Part shown: positions 37,325-49,540 of the stretch, in pieces
Layout: each line of letters opens with the position of its first letter
How positions within the stretch are numbered: position 1 is the first letter of the stretch
Assembly: GCA_021613535.1 (NCBI GenBank)
Contig: CP075493.1
Location: 13,888,001 to 13,952,000, forward strand
Reading direction: 5' to 3'
From: Adineta vaga
Taxonomy: Eukaryota; Animalia; Rotifera
Length of the DNA: 64,000 nucleotides
Program-made: the position numbers and the translations under genes
Notes under the pieces: generated by a model
What the model was told of the DNA's origin: nothing
Databases searched by the model: none
The model's input: the letters and a program-made list of their open reading frames with translations, nothing else

Positions 37325-38284
37325 CTGGTGTTGATTTTACTTTGATAAAGTGTTATGATCACTAGTTTTGTTAATATAGTCACTGAGTACAAATATATAG
37401 TAAAATGAAACGTGGACCATTTTCGTTTTTATCGTTCTTCGTTTTCTCTCTCTCATTATACGCATTAGTGCTCACACGTGCTCGTCATATATAAATTATC
37501 CTTCATTCTTTTCAAGATCACTGATGATGACACTTATTATTGATCAACAACTATTGTGTTGAAGTCAATAACGCAGCATATTCTTTACAGTATCATCTTA
37601 ATGTAACAAGAATATGACGAATGCCGTGGTGTAATTAATTAAAAAAGCTTTCTCTCAGGCTACTTCTTTTTTTTTTTAGATGGCGCTTATAAGACCAGTT
37701 TTTTTTGAAGATTTGAATGCTAATGAATTAATCATTTCGTTTACTTTTCAGAATTTCGCGCAATTAAAATTGTGTCAGATTAAACTATCACGATATTTTC
37801 TTCAAGTTCTCGGACAAAAAAAGGGAAAGATCATGTACTCAGAACATCGTCGTATAATTAAGGATCAAGTTAAATTTAATATATATCATAAGACAGATTA
37901 AATATAGAAGAATGTTCAAAGGTGTTTGCTAGTTGTTCGATACGGACATTCATTATTTTTCTGTTTTTCTATTGTAATATAGAATAATTTTAATAAAAAT
38001 TCTATTAAGACAGATATGAGAAAAGAAAACAACTTCATGCACTCTGAATATATTGATGAAAACTAAACGAACTGTTCTACTTGTCTATCTTGATTGAGAA
38101 AATCTAATTACATTTTAATTACAGAGCCTGAAGAAAATCTGGAGGCCTGATCCGTTTCTAATGAGATTCATTTGTCTGTCAACAGAACGTGCCATGGTTT
38201 TGATTAATATAAAAAGCTACCTGGAAATGATAAGTAAAAGGCAGTTATCAAATTCACTTCATAAACTAACGTCAACGTGCAAGA

Positions 38285-39316
38285 ATGAATTCGTCCGACA
38301 ACTACTATATAACTCAAATCTCTAATATCAAAGTTAATCTTTACAAATATGTTGTTCCATTGTTTTACATTTTTGGTAATTTTGGAAATTTGTTAAGTAT
38401 TGGAATGTTCTTGAAAAAATCTTGGCGAAAAAATGTTTGTGTCTTTTATTTTCTTATTTATATTCTTTGTAATATATGTTATCTTAATTCAACAACACTC
38501 GCATCGATATTTAATTCTGGTTATCAGAGTACAATTCAAAAAACGAATGTTGTTCTATGTAAAATCTATATTTATGCTGCATTTCTTTTCGCAACTTTAT
38601 CACCAACTATTCTTATTCTTGCATCAATTGATCGTTTATTAATTTCTTCTCAAAATATTCATACACGATTGTATAGTTCCAAGCGTTTAGCTTATTTTTC
38701 AATTAGTATAAGTACGATTTTCTGGATTATATTTAATTCTCATATTCTTATTAAAGTTAACATTCAGCAATTTACTCCGACACTTTCAGTTTGTTATTAT
38801 GAAAGGACAAAATTCTATCTTGATTTTGTTTTTTTCTCGTTAATGTCCATTCATATTCTTTTTGGTTTGATGATGTTCATTTTATGCTTAGTTTCTTTTA
38901 AACATGTTCGTCAAATTCAAAATCTTCCTCGTCCACAACAACGAAATCAAATTCGAACAATGAAAAAGAAAGATTTTCAATTACTTCGTTGTCTATTCGT
39001 TCAAAATGTTGTCTTCATTACTTTCGCTCTGTTGATTAATGTTTACTATATGTACGAAACAGTGGTCAGAGACAGAACACAAACATTATTGCAACAAACA
39101 ATCAATCAATTTGTAGACAATGTTTTATCAATCCTCTATAATACTCCGTATTGTAGTAATTTTTACATATGTATATTCGTATCAAAAGCTTTTCGACATG
39201 AAGTTAAACGATTGGCTTTCAAAATATGTAGAATCAAACAAGTGTCATTACGAGAAGAAGAAAACAACAACGGTGAATTTAATATGGCTGTTGTCACTTC
39301 TGCAGGCATATCTTAA
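38285..39316 (+). CDS. Orphan rhodopsin-like 7TM receptor
   Basis: GNFGNLLSI, ASIDRL, seven hydrophobic segments, FYICIFVSKAFR; intronless. Confidence 0.85.
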   Translation: MNSSDNYYITQISNIKVNLYKYVVPLFYIFGNFGNLLSIGMFLKKSWRKNVCVFYFLIYILCNICYLNSTTLASIFNSGYQSTIQKTNVVLCKIYIYAAFLFATLSPTILILASIDRLLISSQNIHTRLYSSKRLAYFSISISTIFWIIFNSHILIKVNIQQFTPTLSVCYYERTKFYLDFVFFSLMSIHILFGLMMFILCLVSFKHVRQIQNLPRPQQRNQIRTMKKKDFQLLRCLFVQNVVFITFALLINVYYMYETVVRDRTQTLLQQTINQFVDNVLSILYNTPYCSNFYICIFVSKAFRHEVKRLAFKICRIKQVSLREEENNNGEFNMAVVTSAGIS

Positions 39317-39713
39317 TGGTTTTTACAAACATAAAATTAAATTTAAAAAAAAATGTTATTTCGTGCGACATCTTTTTTATCTATTTATTTCATTCGACTG
39401 TCTGTGTTCCTATCTGATCGTTGTACAATAACTATACCCTACTTCTATACTTTACATATGCTAAACTATCTGTTTCTGATGAAAGAAAAGAAATTATAAT
39501 TTGAATTGATTGATATGACTCAATAGGCACATCATACAATTGATGAAATCGCATATTCTACGTCATTTTAATATAGATACATAAGGAAATGAAAGAGAGA
39601 AAAAACGTATTGAATATTGTAGATTTATATTATGTGTTTAGAAACTTCAGATGACATCAAACGACACATGTTTGAATATTGAAATAGAAGATTTTATTTA
39701 AATTGGAAATGGA

Positions 39714-40483
39714 ATGAATGTTGATGAGATTCTACCAGTATGGACAAAGTATGTTTATAGGATGTTGATTTTCTTTTTCAGCTATGAACTCAATTCTTAT
39801 TTAGAGAACAAGAAAATATGGTTCCATCAATAATTACTGACAGTGATCAAATCGAACAACCAATTAAATATATCGCCGGTTTAGATATAAGTTTTGTTAA
39901 AACAAATGATAAAGCTGTGGCATCTATGGTTATTTTTGATTATAATACATTAAATATTGTAGCTAAAATAAGTATCTATTGTATTATAAAAATTCCTTAT
40001 ATACCTGGCTATTTGGCATTTCGTGAAGCTCCTATCTTTATGAAATTACTTGATGTTCAACGACAACATTGTCCACATTTAACACCACAAGTTATTCTGG
40101 TAGATGGAAATGGTGTTTGGCATCCACGTCGTGCTGGTAGTGCTTCTCATTTTGGCGTTTTAAGTGATATTCCATGTATTGGTATATCAAAAAATGTTCT
40201 CTATGTTGACAGTATCACAAGACCGAAAATTCAAGAATTATTAACTGAAAAGGCACCGGAAAAAGATCAATATATTGAAGTTACGGATGATAGTGGTTAT
40301 GTACTCGGTTTAGCTTATAATGTAACTGGTTCAATAAAACATGCTATCTATATTAGTATTGGACACAAAGTAACATTGGCAACAGCTTTAAATATATTTC
40401 AATCAGTAACTAAATATCGTATTTGTGAACCAATACGACAAGCTGATTTACTTAGTCGAAAAATGGTTACGAAAATTTCATAA
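39714..40483 (+). CDS. ENDOV: Endonuclease V, 2 exons
   Basis: Exon 1 39714-39748, exon 2 39805-40483; AGLDISF, PYIPGYLAFREAP, VDGNGVWHPRRAG, EPIRQAD. Confidence 0.92.
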
Positions 40484-41043
40484 AGAAAAGTTTTTTTTAA
40501 CTACGTACTAATACTTGTTTATAATAAAGAATTTAGTTTGATACGTTTATTAAATAATTTGATAAATACGTTCATAGGAATTTTTTTAAGTAGAAAACTT
40601 AAAAAAGACGAGTATCAAGTTGATTGGTGATTGTGGTCCAGAACGATCGAAAGTAATGCTAATTCTGTCTCATAACTGCATAGTTGTGTTTTTGTCACTA
40701 GGCACGGTTCGCGTCTTTTACTTCATATCAATATCGTATTTACATTGTGTAAACTTCCAGGATGTGCAATTTTTCTCTTTCCTTATTCACATTGTGAAAG
40801 AGCAAAGGAAAAAGATGATGTACCATGTATTTGTTTGAATTCCTATGAAAAGAAGCTATAAATATAATGTTTATTTTAAAATATCATAAGAACTCGATAA
40901 TGCTACATATTCTCTCAGTAATATGTTTTTTGTAATATTAACAACGTTTCTTAGAAGATGAGGGATAGGAATCGAATCCTCATTAAATATAGGGAATGAT
41001 ACGGCTACAAAAAACGATGTGACTAGATAGCGTCGTTGATGAA

Positions 41044-41125
41044 GTTTCGAGGTGGGATTTGAACCCACGCATCCTTTAGGATAAAGTTTTCAAGACTTTT
41101 GACTTAACCACTTGTCTACACGAAG
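41044..41125 (-). tRNA. tRNA-Ser(TGA)-like, probably a pseudogene
   Basis: D arm gacaagtggttaagtc, anticodon stem aaagt-cttgaaa-acttt, long variable arm atcctaaaggat, T arm gtggg-ttcaaat-cccac; two acceptor-stem mismatches. Confidence 0.65.
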
Positions 41126-41633
41126 GAATCAACATACAAAGCTAATCACATGATTCACTGTACACAGTTGTGACTATATAACAAGTGAATGTATTGAAAG
41201 TTGTGCAATTACAAAACTTAGTTATATTGCAATAGAAAATCAAGTTTTAATATAAAATACGTGTATTCATATATGTTTTGAATTCACCTCTATATAGGTA
41301 AAGGTTTTGTAAGAATCTCTGGAGGTTGCAGTTCTTCGTTTGGTTTCAGATAAAACTTGTCTTTATTTATTTATTTATTTATTTTATTGTATTCCAACTA
41401 TTACACTTAGAATTTCTTCGAGGAAAAAGAAGAGTTAAAAATTGAAGCTATATCAATACAAGTCATAGGCACTTTCTTTGTGTACTCTTATAAGTTAGAA
41501 AGGAGTAAGACGGTGATGTTGGATAAGAGACAAAGAGGCGAGAGTGGGAAAGAACGAAATAGATCATGCTGTATTATTTTCGTTTTTTTTTCTTTTCTCT
41601 TTTTACGATTCAGCACAACAACAACCATTTCAC

Positions 41634-41653
41634 TGTGTGTGTGTGTGTGTGTG
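41634..41653. repeat. (TG)n microsatellite
   Basis: Run of about 10 tg units. Confidence 0.9.
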
Positions 41654-41822
41654 CATAACTCGTATTAAATGAGTCTATGCGTGTGTGATAAGAGTCGATT
41701 CTCTGGCTTCTTGCTCTCTCCTGTTAGATTTTTCTACTTATTTTTCATAAATATTCGAGGAATCTATATTCTTCTACTATTTCACTTCCTCGATAACTAA
41801 TATTGCTTATAATCTTTAGAAA

Positions 41823-42470
41823 ATGCTAATTGTTCATCATCTCGGTATTTCACAATCGGAACGAATTGTTTGGCTATGTGAAGAACTTGAAATACCCTAC
41901 GAACTTGTTCGTTATGATCGTGATCTTGAAACACGTCTTGCTCCAGAAGAATACAAAGCACTTCATCCGTTTGGAACAGCTCCTGTTGTCGTTGATGGAG
42001 ATGTATTATTAGCTGAATCAGGTGCTATTGTTGATTATATTATTACTAAGTATGGTAATAACCGTTTTACATTGAAAGTCGATCATTCAAAGTTTGCTGA
42101 CTATCTATTTTGGTATCATTTTGCAAATGGTTCAATGATGCCAGCTATGACTATTGATTTAGTTGTTCATTTGGTAGTTAAAGAAACAAAAACTGAAAAT
42201 CCTATAGTTAATACATTACGACAACGTGCTGTTCGATCAATGAATTTAGTAGAAAAACATTTGAGCACAAATGATTATTTTGCTGGGACTGAATTCACTG
42301 CTGCAGATATTATGATGTTTTTTCCGTTGACAACGATGCGCGCTTTTACACCATTTGACTTATCGTCCTATCCGAATATACGTGCTTATTTAAAACGGGT
42401 TGGCGCACGGCCTGCTTATCAACGGGCTATGAAAAAGGGAGATCCAGATTTTACACCATTATTGAATTGA
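41823..42470 (+). CDS. Glutathione S-transferase, bacterial/fungal GTT1-like
   Basis: VHHLGISQSERIVWLCEEL, LHPFGTAPV, AESGAI, FTAADIMM; intronless. Confidence 0.9.
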   Translation: MLIVHHLGISQSERIVWLCEELEIPYELVRYDRDLETRLAPEEYKALHPFGTAPVVVDGDVLLAESGAIVDYIITKYGNNRFTLKVDHSKFADYLFWYHFANGSMMPAMTIDLVVHLVVKETKTENPIVNTLRQRAVRSMNLVEKHLSTNDYFAGTEFTAADIMMFFPLTTMRAFTPFDLSSYPNIRAYLKRVGARPAYQRAMKKGDPDFTPLLN

Positions 42471-42839
42471 TAAGCATCAGGATATTGATCAAAATTATGT
42501 AGACAGGCTTTTTTTTATCTCTTTCTTCAAAAACTTTTTATAGAGTAGAGAATGTAGAATAAAAAAATCATCCACACTCTCACACTAAAATCCGTACGGT
42601 TCCATAAACAACACCCTTATTAAAATAAGAATAATAATCACTTTTATTATGGTAGACATCATATTGAATTCTAAGAAAATTTAATGACAATTGGTAATCA
42701 AGTTATTCTACCTTGAGACAACTATAATAATAACGAAATGTACGACGATCAAAACTACCTAAAATTAAATGATTATATACCACAATAATGTCCTGATGCT
42801 TCATCGTCAAATTCAATATCGAGACAAGTTACGGGGATA

Positions 42840-43150
42840 ATGAAGATCCACCAGCAATATTCAACAACGTAAACACAATAAGAAAAAAACAGCAACGTAT
42901 CTGTCTCGATTGACAAAATGGGAAAGCTAATGAATTTATACTGTTCACTAAAAGTACATAAACCTGAAATGCCTTTTTGCCCAATTATCTTTGACTTTAA
43001 ACATCTGACGATGAAATTTTCAAAATCTCTGGACGAATTACTTAGACCTATATTTGATCAAATGGCATCTCATACAACAGTTACCTCAGGTTCAGATTCG
43101 ACTCCAAAATCAATCGAATGACCAATAACTAATCTGAACCAACAGAACAT
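42840..43150 (+). mobile_element. Decayed Penelope-like (Athena-type) reverse transcriptase fragment
   Basis: LYCSLKVHKPEMPFCPIIFDFKHLTMKFSKSLDELLRPIFDQMASHTTVTSG resembles the PLE motif LYxLPKxHKxxxPLRPI...SKFLDxLLRP. Confidence 0.7.
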
Positions 43151-43533
43151 TATTATGTATCATTGTTATCATTTAGACAATCTCAGTATCGAACAACTTT
43201 TGAGAGTGTGGGTGTAAGCATTGCTTCTTCATTGTTACTCATAATCATGCTCAAAGGATCATTTTTTCTCGATAAAACGACAATCAGTTATATCGCATAA
43301 AGTCCATCTGCTCGTTCTCATCATGATGAATCAAATAATCTTACTACCCACACGAAAAGAAAACGCCTAATATTTATAACGGAGCGCATTTTTTTATGAT
43401 ATACAAAGTGAGTAAATAATGACGATCGGATATTTTTATTCATCAGAAAAAAATTGTTCTTTTTCTATCGTACTTTTTGAAATAAATTATTTCCTTTATC
43501 ATAGAGGAATTCCACTTCTCATCATCAATATCC

Positions 43534-45495
43534 ATGTCTCACAAAATGTTGTTCCTCTGTATCCTTTTAAATATTTCCTTGACAATAGCTACTACAATTA
43601 CACGAGCAGGTATAATGCAAAAGCAGTTTCATTTCGGAAATAAAAGTGACAATCATTTTAGCCTCACCTGCCGTTCCACCATCTGTATGCTATATTGATT
43701 TTGGTTGCTTCTCACCACGACCCGGTTTCAAACTCTTACCTCAATCACCCCAAAAAATCAATACGCAATTCTTTCTCTTTACAAGGTAAGTAACATGGAT
43801 TATTGACGTCACGAGAAGATTCAGATTTTTGTTTTCCATCGAATTAGAAAGCAACCCACTCGAGCACAAGTCATCTCTTCTTCAAATCTGGGTTCATTCG
43901 ACCAGAAGAAACCAACTAAATTCATCATTCATGGTTTTACCGACCAAGCATCAAATGCTTGGGTGATTAACATGACAAAAGAACTATTGAAACAGGTCAG
44001 TTGTTACTTCCTCAACGATGTAAATACATCTTTTAGAGTTCACTTGTAGGGAGATATGAATGTAATCACTATTGACTGGTCTGGTGGTAATCAGTTTCCA
44101 TATGGACAAGCTGTTGCCAATACTGTGATTGTGGCAGCTGTTATTCGACAACTTCTTCAAGCAATGATTAATGTTGGTGCAAAACCACAAGAAATGCATT
44201 TGATCGGTCATAGTTTAGGTGCACACATATCAAGTTATGTCGGACGAGATTTACGTAACTTGGGAAGAATCTCTGGCTTGGGTACATATTCATATTCGAA
44301 ATCATAAACTATATAGTCACACTTGTTGTTTTTCTTCTGAATATAGATCCTGCCGGACCTGATTTTTATGATTCTCTCATTCCTGATCGTCTCGATCCTT
44401 CCGATGCTCTGTTTGTAGATGTGATTCATACAGATGGTGCACCACGTATAGATTCTGGATTTGGTCATTTAGAACCTTTAGGACATGTTGATTTCTATCC
44501 AAATGGTGGTTCTGCTCAGCCTAGTGAGTTTCGAGAAATTAATTTATAATATGCAACTTCCTCTCGTACTAGCCTGTGGTAGCAATACTGGCGAAGTTCT
44601 TCTACAATCAGCATGGAGTTTAATCAGTACTTTCAATATAGCAAGTGAGTTGAATTCTCTGGCAGTTTTATTTCAATTGTTCATCTTTGAACTTTAGATG
44701 CTGTTGACACATTTTCATGTAATCACATGTCTGCAGTGTACTATTACACAGATTCAATCAATACACCTTCACCAGCTTTTGCTTATTCTTGTTCGGATTA
44801 CAAAAATTTCGAGCAAGGTCTTTGTACATCTTGCGGTTCAAGTCCTGATCGATGCCAACGAACTGGCTATCATGCTTCACCATCGAAAAAACGTGGCATA
44901 TTATATCTCATGACATTGCACGGAGTTCAACCACCTCATTTTGGTATGTGATTATTTTGACAGAAAGAAAGAGAAGATAGACGACAGCCGATATCTTATC
45001 GTTTTAGGCTTTCAATACAAAGTGACACTTGAATCGAATCTGAATGACAACGCAAAACAAACACGAGGTACCATCAAAATCAAATTCGATGGAGAAGAAG
45101 AAGATTCATTATTATTGAAGTATGAGAGTATATATACTTATGTTCACATGTATCTATCTATTTGTTCTATTTAGTGACAAAACATTACTCAAAGGTGGTT
45201 CGATCAATTCAAAAACAGTTCTTATTGCCAATAAACCTGCATCATTGAATAAGATTACAATCTCATTCAAAAAAAGTTTAGGCTCAACTTTTGGTATTGG
45301 TCTTGCTGGTGAATGGAGATTTGATTCAGTTACTGTGCTCGATATGCAATCTCATATCAGGTTAGTCATCTCTCGATTAATTATCAAACAAAACGCTGTC
45401 GTTGTTGTTTTTCTCTATTCAGCTACAAATTTTGTCCAACATCAAATTCAGCGATGATTAAGAGTGGCTCAAATTTGACATACAGATTGTGTTGA
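43534..45495 (+). CDS. Pancreatic-lipase-family triacylglycerol lipase with C-terminal PLAT domain, copy 1 (multi-exon)
   Basis: Signal peptide [30 protein letters not shown], spliced [17 protein letters not shown]. Confidence 0.9.
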
Positions 45496-46184
45496 AGTTT
45501 TAATCTCATTGCTCTTTGTCTTGTGAGAAAGAAATAAAATGATACTCAATATGTGGGTATATTCTCCTCTACTCTATACTCTTACTGTTCAAGCCTTAAA
45601 GCGAAAGATATTATCTATTTTCTTTTAGATAGTATGTGTTATTTGATTCGAATTAATTGTGACACGATATACTTTATAAATGAATCGTGATCATAAAAGT
45701 ATTTGTTTCTCTTTAGACTTCTTTAATTATATATGTGTACCATTTAATACTAATTGATCGTAGGTAAATAGAAACTACTCTTATTTATTTGCATAACGAC
45801 GAGAAAAATCTGTCATCTTTTGAAATTCATACAATATTTAAAGACAATATCAGTTAATCAGTTTCAGATAAGTAGTATTTCAATAATTAATATTGTAAAA
45901 TATGTACGATAATTGAAACAAAGAAATACACTTGAAAACAAGACTGCCAAAAGTTGCATAACATATTCAGTCTACTTTCGTGTTAAATTCTATTAAAAAT
46001 ACGACATTTCATAATTCCTATTTATCTTGAAGATGAAAAGAAATATTATTCTCTTTCGATAGACGAATGATGAAGGAATCTTGAGGACATAGGTATAGAT
46101 ATGAAATAATTTATTCAAAATAAACATGTAAGAATAAGAAGTTTATATTCATCTGAGATATATTTTTTCCAGAAGAGAGATTGA

Positions 46185-48000
46185 TTACCACCACAAATAA
46201 CAATCAAAACAATTAATAATATTGATAAAAACTTCATCGTCTTGTCTAATTTCTTTAATTATATTCATTAATTTTTCAATCCATATATCGTTTGTACTTC
46301 GAATATACAATGAATGTAAATAACGAATATTTTCGTTTGTATTTAATAAATATTTGACAATCGATTGAAAATCTTTTTGAGATACATTTATGGTTAAATG
46401 TTCCAATTGACGAAAAAGATTTACCACTAATTGAATTTCTTCGAATGTACACGATTTAACAGTCACATCTTTCATCGTATTTTTCTGAGATAAATTCTGA
46501 AAATTTTCATTGTATTGTATCGATACCAATTCTCTTTCATCGTATGATAGCGATGTCAATGTTAATTTCCTACAATTAGGTGTTAAACATAAGACATTGA
46601 TTATATTATACAAAGAAATATAATCACTATCAATTGTGATTTTGGTTAATCTTGATAAAGGAATAATACTATTGTTTAGATTTGCAATTACTTCACGTGA
46701 TATGTAAACATTTTTTCCAAAAGTAACTTCATTAGCATGTGGAATATTGACTGAATGATTGTCAATTGCAAAACGATGTTCAATATGAATATGACGAACT
46801 GCATCAAGATTATTTTTCGAATGATATGAATAGTTGCATTGATTTGCGATGTTATTTAAAATATAATCTTTTCTCCTTGGAAAATATAAACATATAATCA
46901 TAATATTTGATTGTGATTATCAAAACCTTTCTTTTAGATCATACATACCTATATGGTTCTATAGAATAGAAAAGTCCTTGATTTGAACGTCCTGAATAAT
47001 TGTGTTCGTGTGTAAAAAACCACTTTCGTTCAGTCCAAAATAATGTTGAAAATTGATTCATTAAATGTTCACAATGTAAGCTATTAATCGACGATGTTTC
47101 ATGTTGGAGATCAAAAATTCGTAAATGAGTCATATGATTTGTTATTAAACGTTCCCATTTTTGTGCATTGATATATTCATTATCCATATATGTTGAAATA
47201 CAAAGAAATTGAAGATTTTGAAAAAGAATCTTCATCAATGGTTCAAATACATCAAATCTTATATATTTTAATTTGATAGAAACATGTGTCAGATGATTTA
47301 GAATTATTGAAGATATTTCGGAATATAATTTAGAAGTTGAAATTAAACATTTGATTGATAAACGACGAAGACGTGGAACATATGCTAGAAGAAGTAAAAA
47401 TTCTTCGAGATTTATATTTGAATCAATAATAAGATGTTCAATTGGACTTGAATATTCATTGGTGATAGTTAATAAGTCAGATGTTGTATCATGCTGTTGA
47501 TTCAATGATATTTTAAAATATTTTAATGATGATAAACGAAATATTTGCTCGAAGATCATATTTTTATCATAACAATTATTATTTGAAGAAAAAGTTAATG
47601 CTGAAAGATTTGGTAATAAAAATAGATAATTAAAAAGATCTTTTGAATTGGTTAAATCAATATTATTTAAATAAAGTGTTTGAAGTCGACGAAATAACAA
47701 TTGATTTTCAGCTAATGATATGATTAAATGAATGATAAATCCATTTGAAATGTAAAGTGAACGAATTCGATGACTATTAAATTGAAAAAATTCTTGATAA
47801 TGTTCTTCGAATGATAATTTTGATATATTAAACAAATTTACTTCTATGGGATAATTTGATAAAGTAAGTAAATTATGAAATCGTATGTTTAAATCATAGA
47901 AATTTCTATACGCTTGATAAATATCAAGATAATCAAATATTTCATAAACAATTTCATTGGAAAGATTTTCAAATTGAGTTACACAATCGTATTCCTTCAT
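46185..48000 (-). CDS. F-box + divergent LRR-like protein, 2 exons
   Basis: FENLSNEIVYEIFDYL F-box; intron 46948-46876 joins YSIEPYR to RKDY in frame; ends YLWW. Confidence 0.8.
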
Positions 48001-49162
48001 TTTTTAATACTAAAAGCAAAAATTATTATTATTATAATCATTCTTCTCTTTCTCACATGATAATATGAAAATGGTTTAGGTATCATGACTTTTTTTTCTT
48101 TTCTTTCTTTGCTATTCAGCCAACCATAAATACAAACGAATGATGGTTTCCTATTCATTCAATATGAATATATTCTTCTTTTTATATATGACCTTGGTTA
48201 TTTATTTCTTTTCAACATAATTTTCTTCTACACGATATACTCATACGTTCGAGTCTTTCTTCGAAGAAGATATGATGAAAATAAAACTCTGTGACAAAGA
48301 GTTTTGGTTTCATTTGTGTATACACAGTAACACAATGTAAAAAATAATTGAAAAGGTAATGGTGTTCAATCTCTATAGTATTTATACATTCAACCTTGGA
48401 AAAATGGTAATATCAAAACAGAGTTATCTTTTTTTTATGAAAGCTGCTCATATACTCACCCCATCATTTTTTTCTGAATTTTATAAGCATTTTCATGCTT
48501 TCACTTCTGTCGTATTATCTAGCTCTTCCAGTAGTTTTTCTTTCATCATTAATTTGTTTTCAGAAATAAATTGTATATTTCTTGCTTGATATACACTGAG
48601 TGGTCGAAGTCATAGTGCGCCTGCATTTAGTATATCGGTATGTAAGAATGACTCATATCGAAGAAAAAAACATCAGCACGACTATACTTAGTTTTCACTT
48701 GATTGATCATTCTCGATACGTTGGACAGTTAAAGTATAATCTCTGTTATGCTCAAAATAATATGTTAAATGTGACTGTGTATAATACAATAAATACATTC
48801 AGACTGTAGTTTAAAAAAGAGACAGATGAAATTACGTTTGAAATTTCATATGGATCTTTTCACTTTATGATATCATATTAGCCTATAGTAATCAGAATAA
48901 CTAATGAAAGTGTCAAACTATTCACTTTTTAAGTGAATTATTTCAGTCAGAAATATCTATTCGGTTTCGCTATTCATAAGATACCACGATGAACCCATCT
49001 TCAAACCAGTACATGGGCTATAATCAAGATGATTAAGTTGAAGTTAAAAATCTTTAATGTTTGGAGATACATTAGTAAAATATTGAGCGATATAATGTGA
49101 AGTATGAGTGTTTAAAGGTTTTTGCCAATCTCAAACAACCAGACTTGTTGGTGTATGGCACC

Positions 49163-49540
49163 TCAGTAGTCACCACCGTCTCCACCATCTCCGCCACCAT
49201 CTCCACCACCATTTCCGCCACCATCTCCACCATCGTCACCACCATCGTCACCACCATCGTCACCACCATCGTCACCACCATCGCCAACACCATCGTCACC
49301 ACCATCGTCACCACCATCGTCACCACCATCGCCAACACCGTCTCCGCCATCGCCAACACCGTCTCCGCCATCGCCACCACCGGCTCCGCCATCGCCAACA
49401 CCGTCTCCACCATCTTGTCGTTTGTGTAATATTCGTGGAAGCTGTCCGCCTGAACTTCTTTTCCTCTTCTGATCATTTTTCGCGGCCACTACTAAGAGAA
49501 GGCACAGAGCCAGCAACAGGACAATAGTTGCTTGTCGCAT
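49163..49540 (-). CDS. Secreted Gly/Asp-rich prepropeptide (125 aa)
   Basis: MRQATIVLLLALCLLLVVAA signal, KRKR and KR sites, then (GGD/GGDD/GVGD)n ending GDY. Confidence 0.8.
   Translation of the reverse strand: MRQATIVLLLALCLLLVVAAKNDQKRKRSSGGQLPRILHKRQDGGDGVGDGGAGGGDGGDGVGDGGDGVGDGGDDGGDDGGDDGVGDGGDDGGDDGGDDGGDDGGDGGGNGGGDGGGDGGDGGDY

Noticed and set aside
49072-49527. His/Arg-rich, Thr-rich and Met/Val-rich ORFs
   Set aside because: Shadow frames of the Gly/Asp repeat; only the minus-strand frame from 49540 has a signal peptide and processing sites
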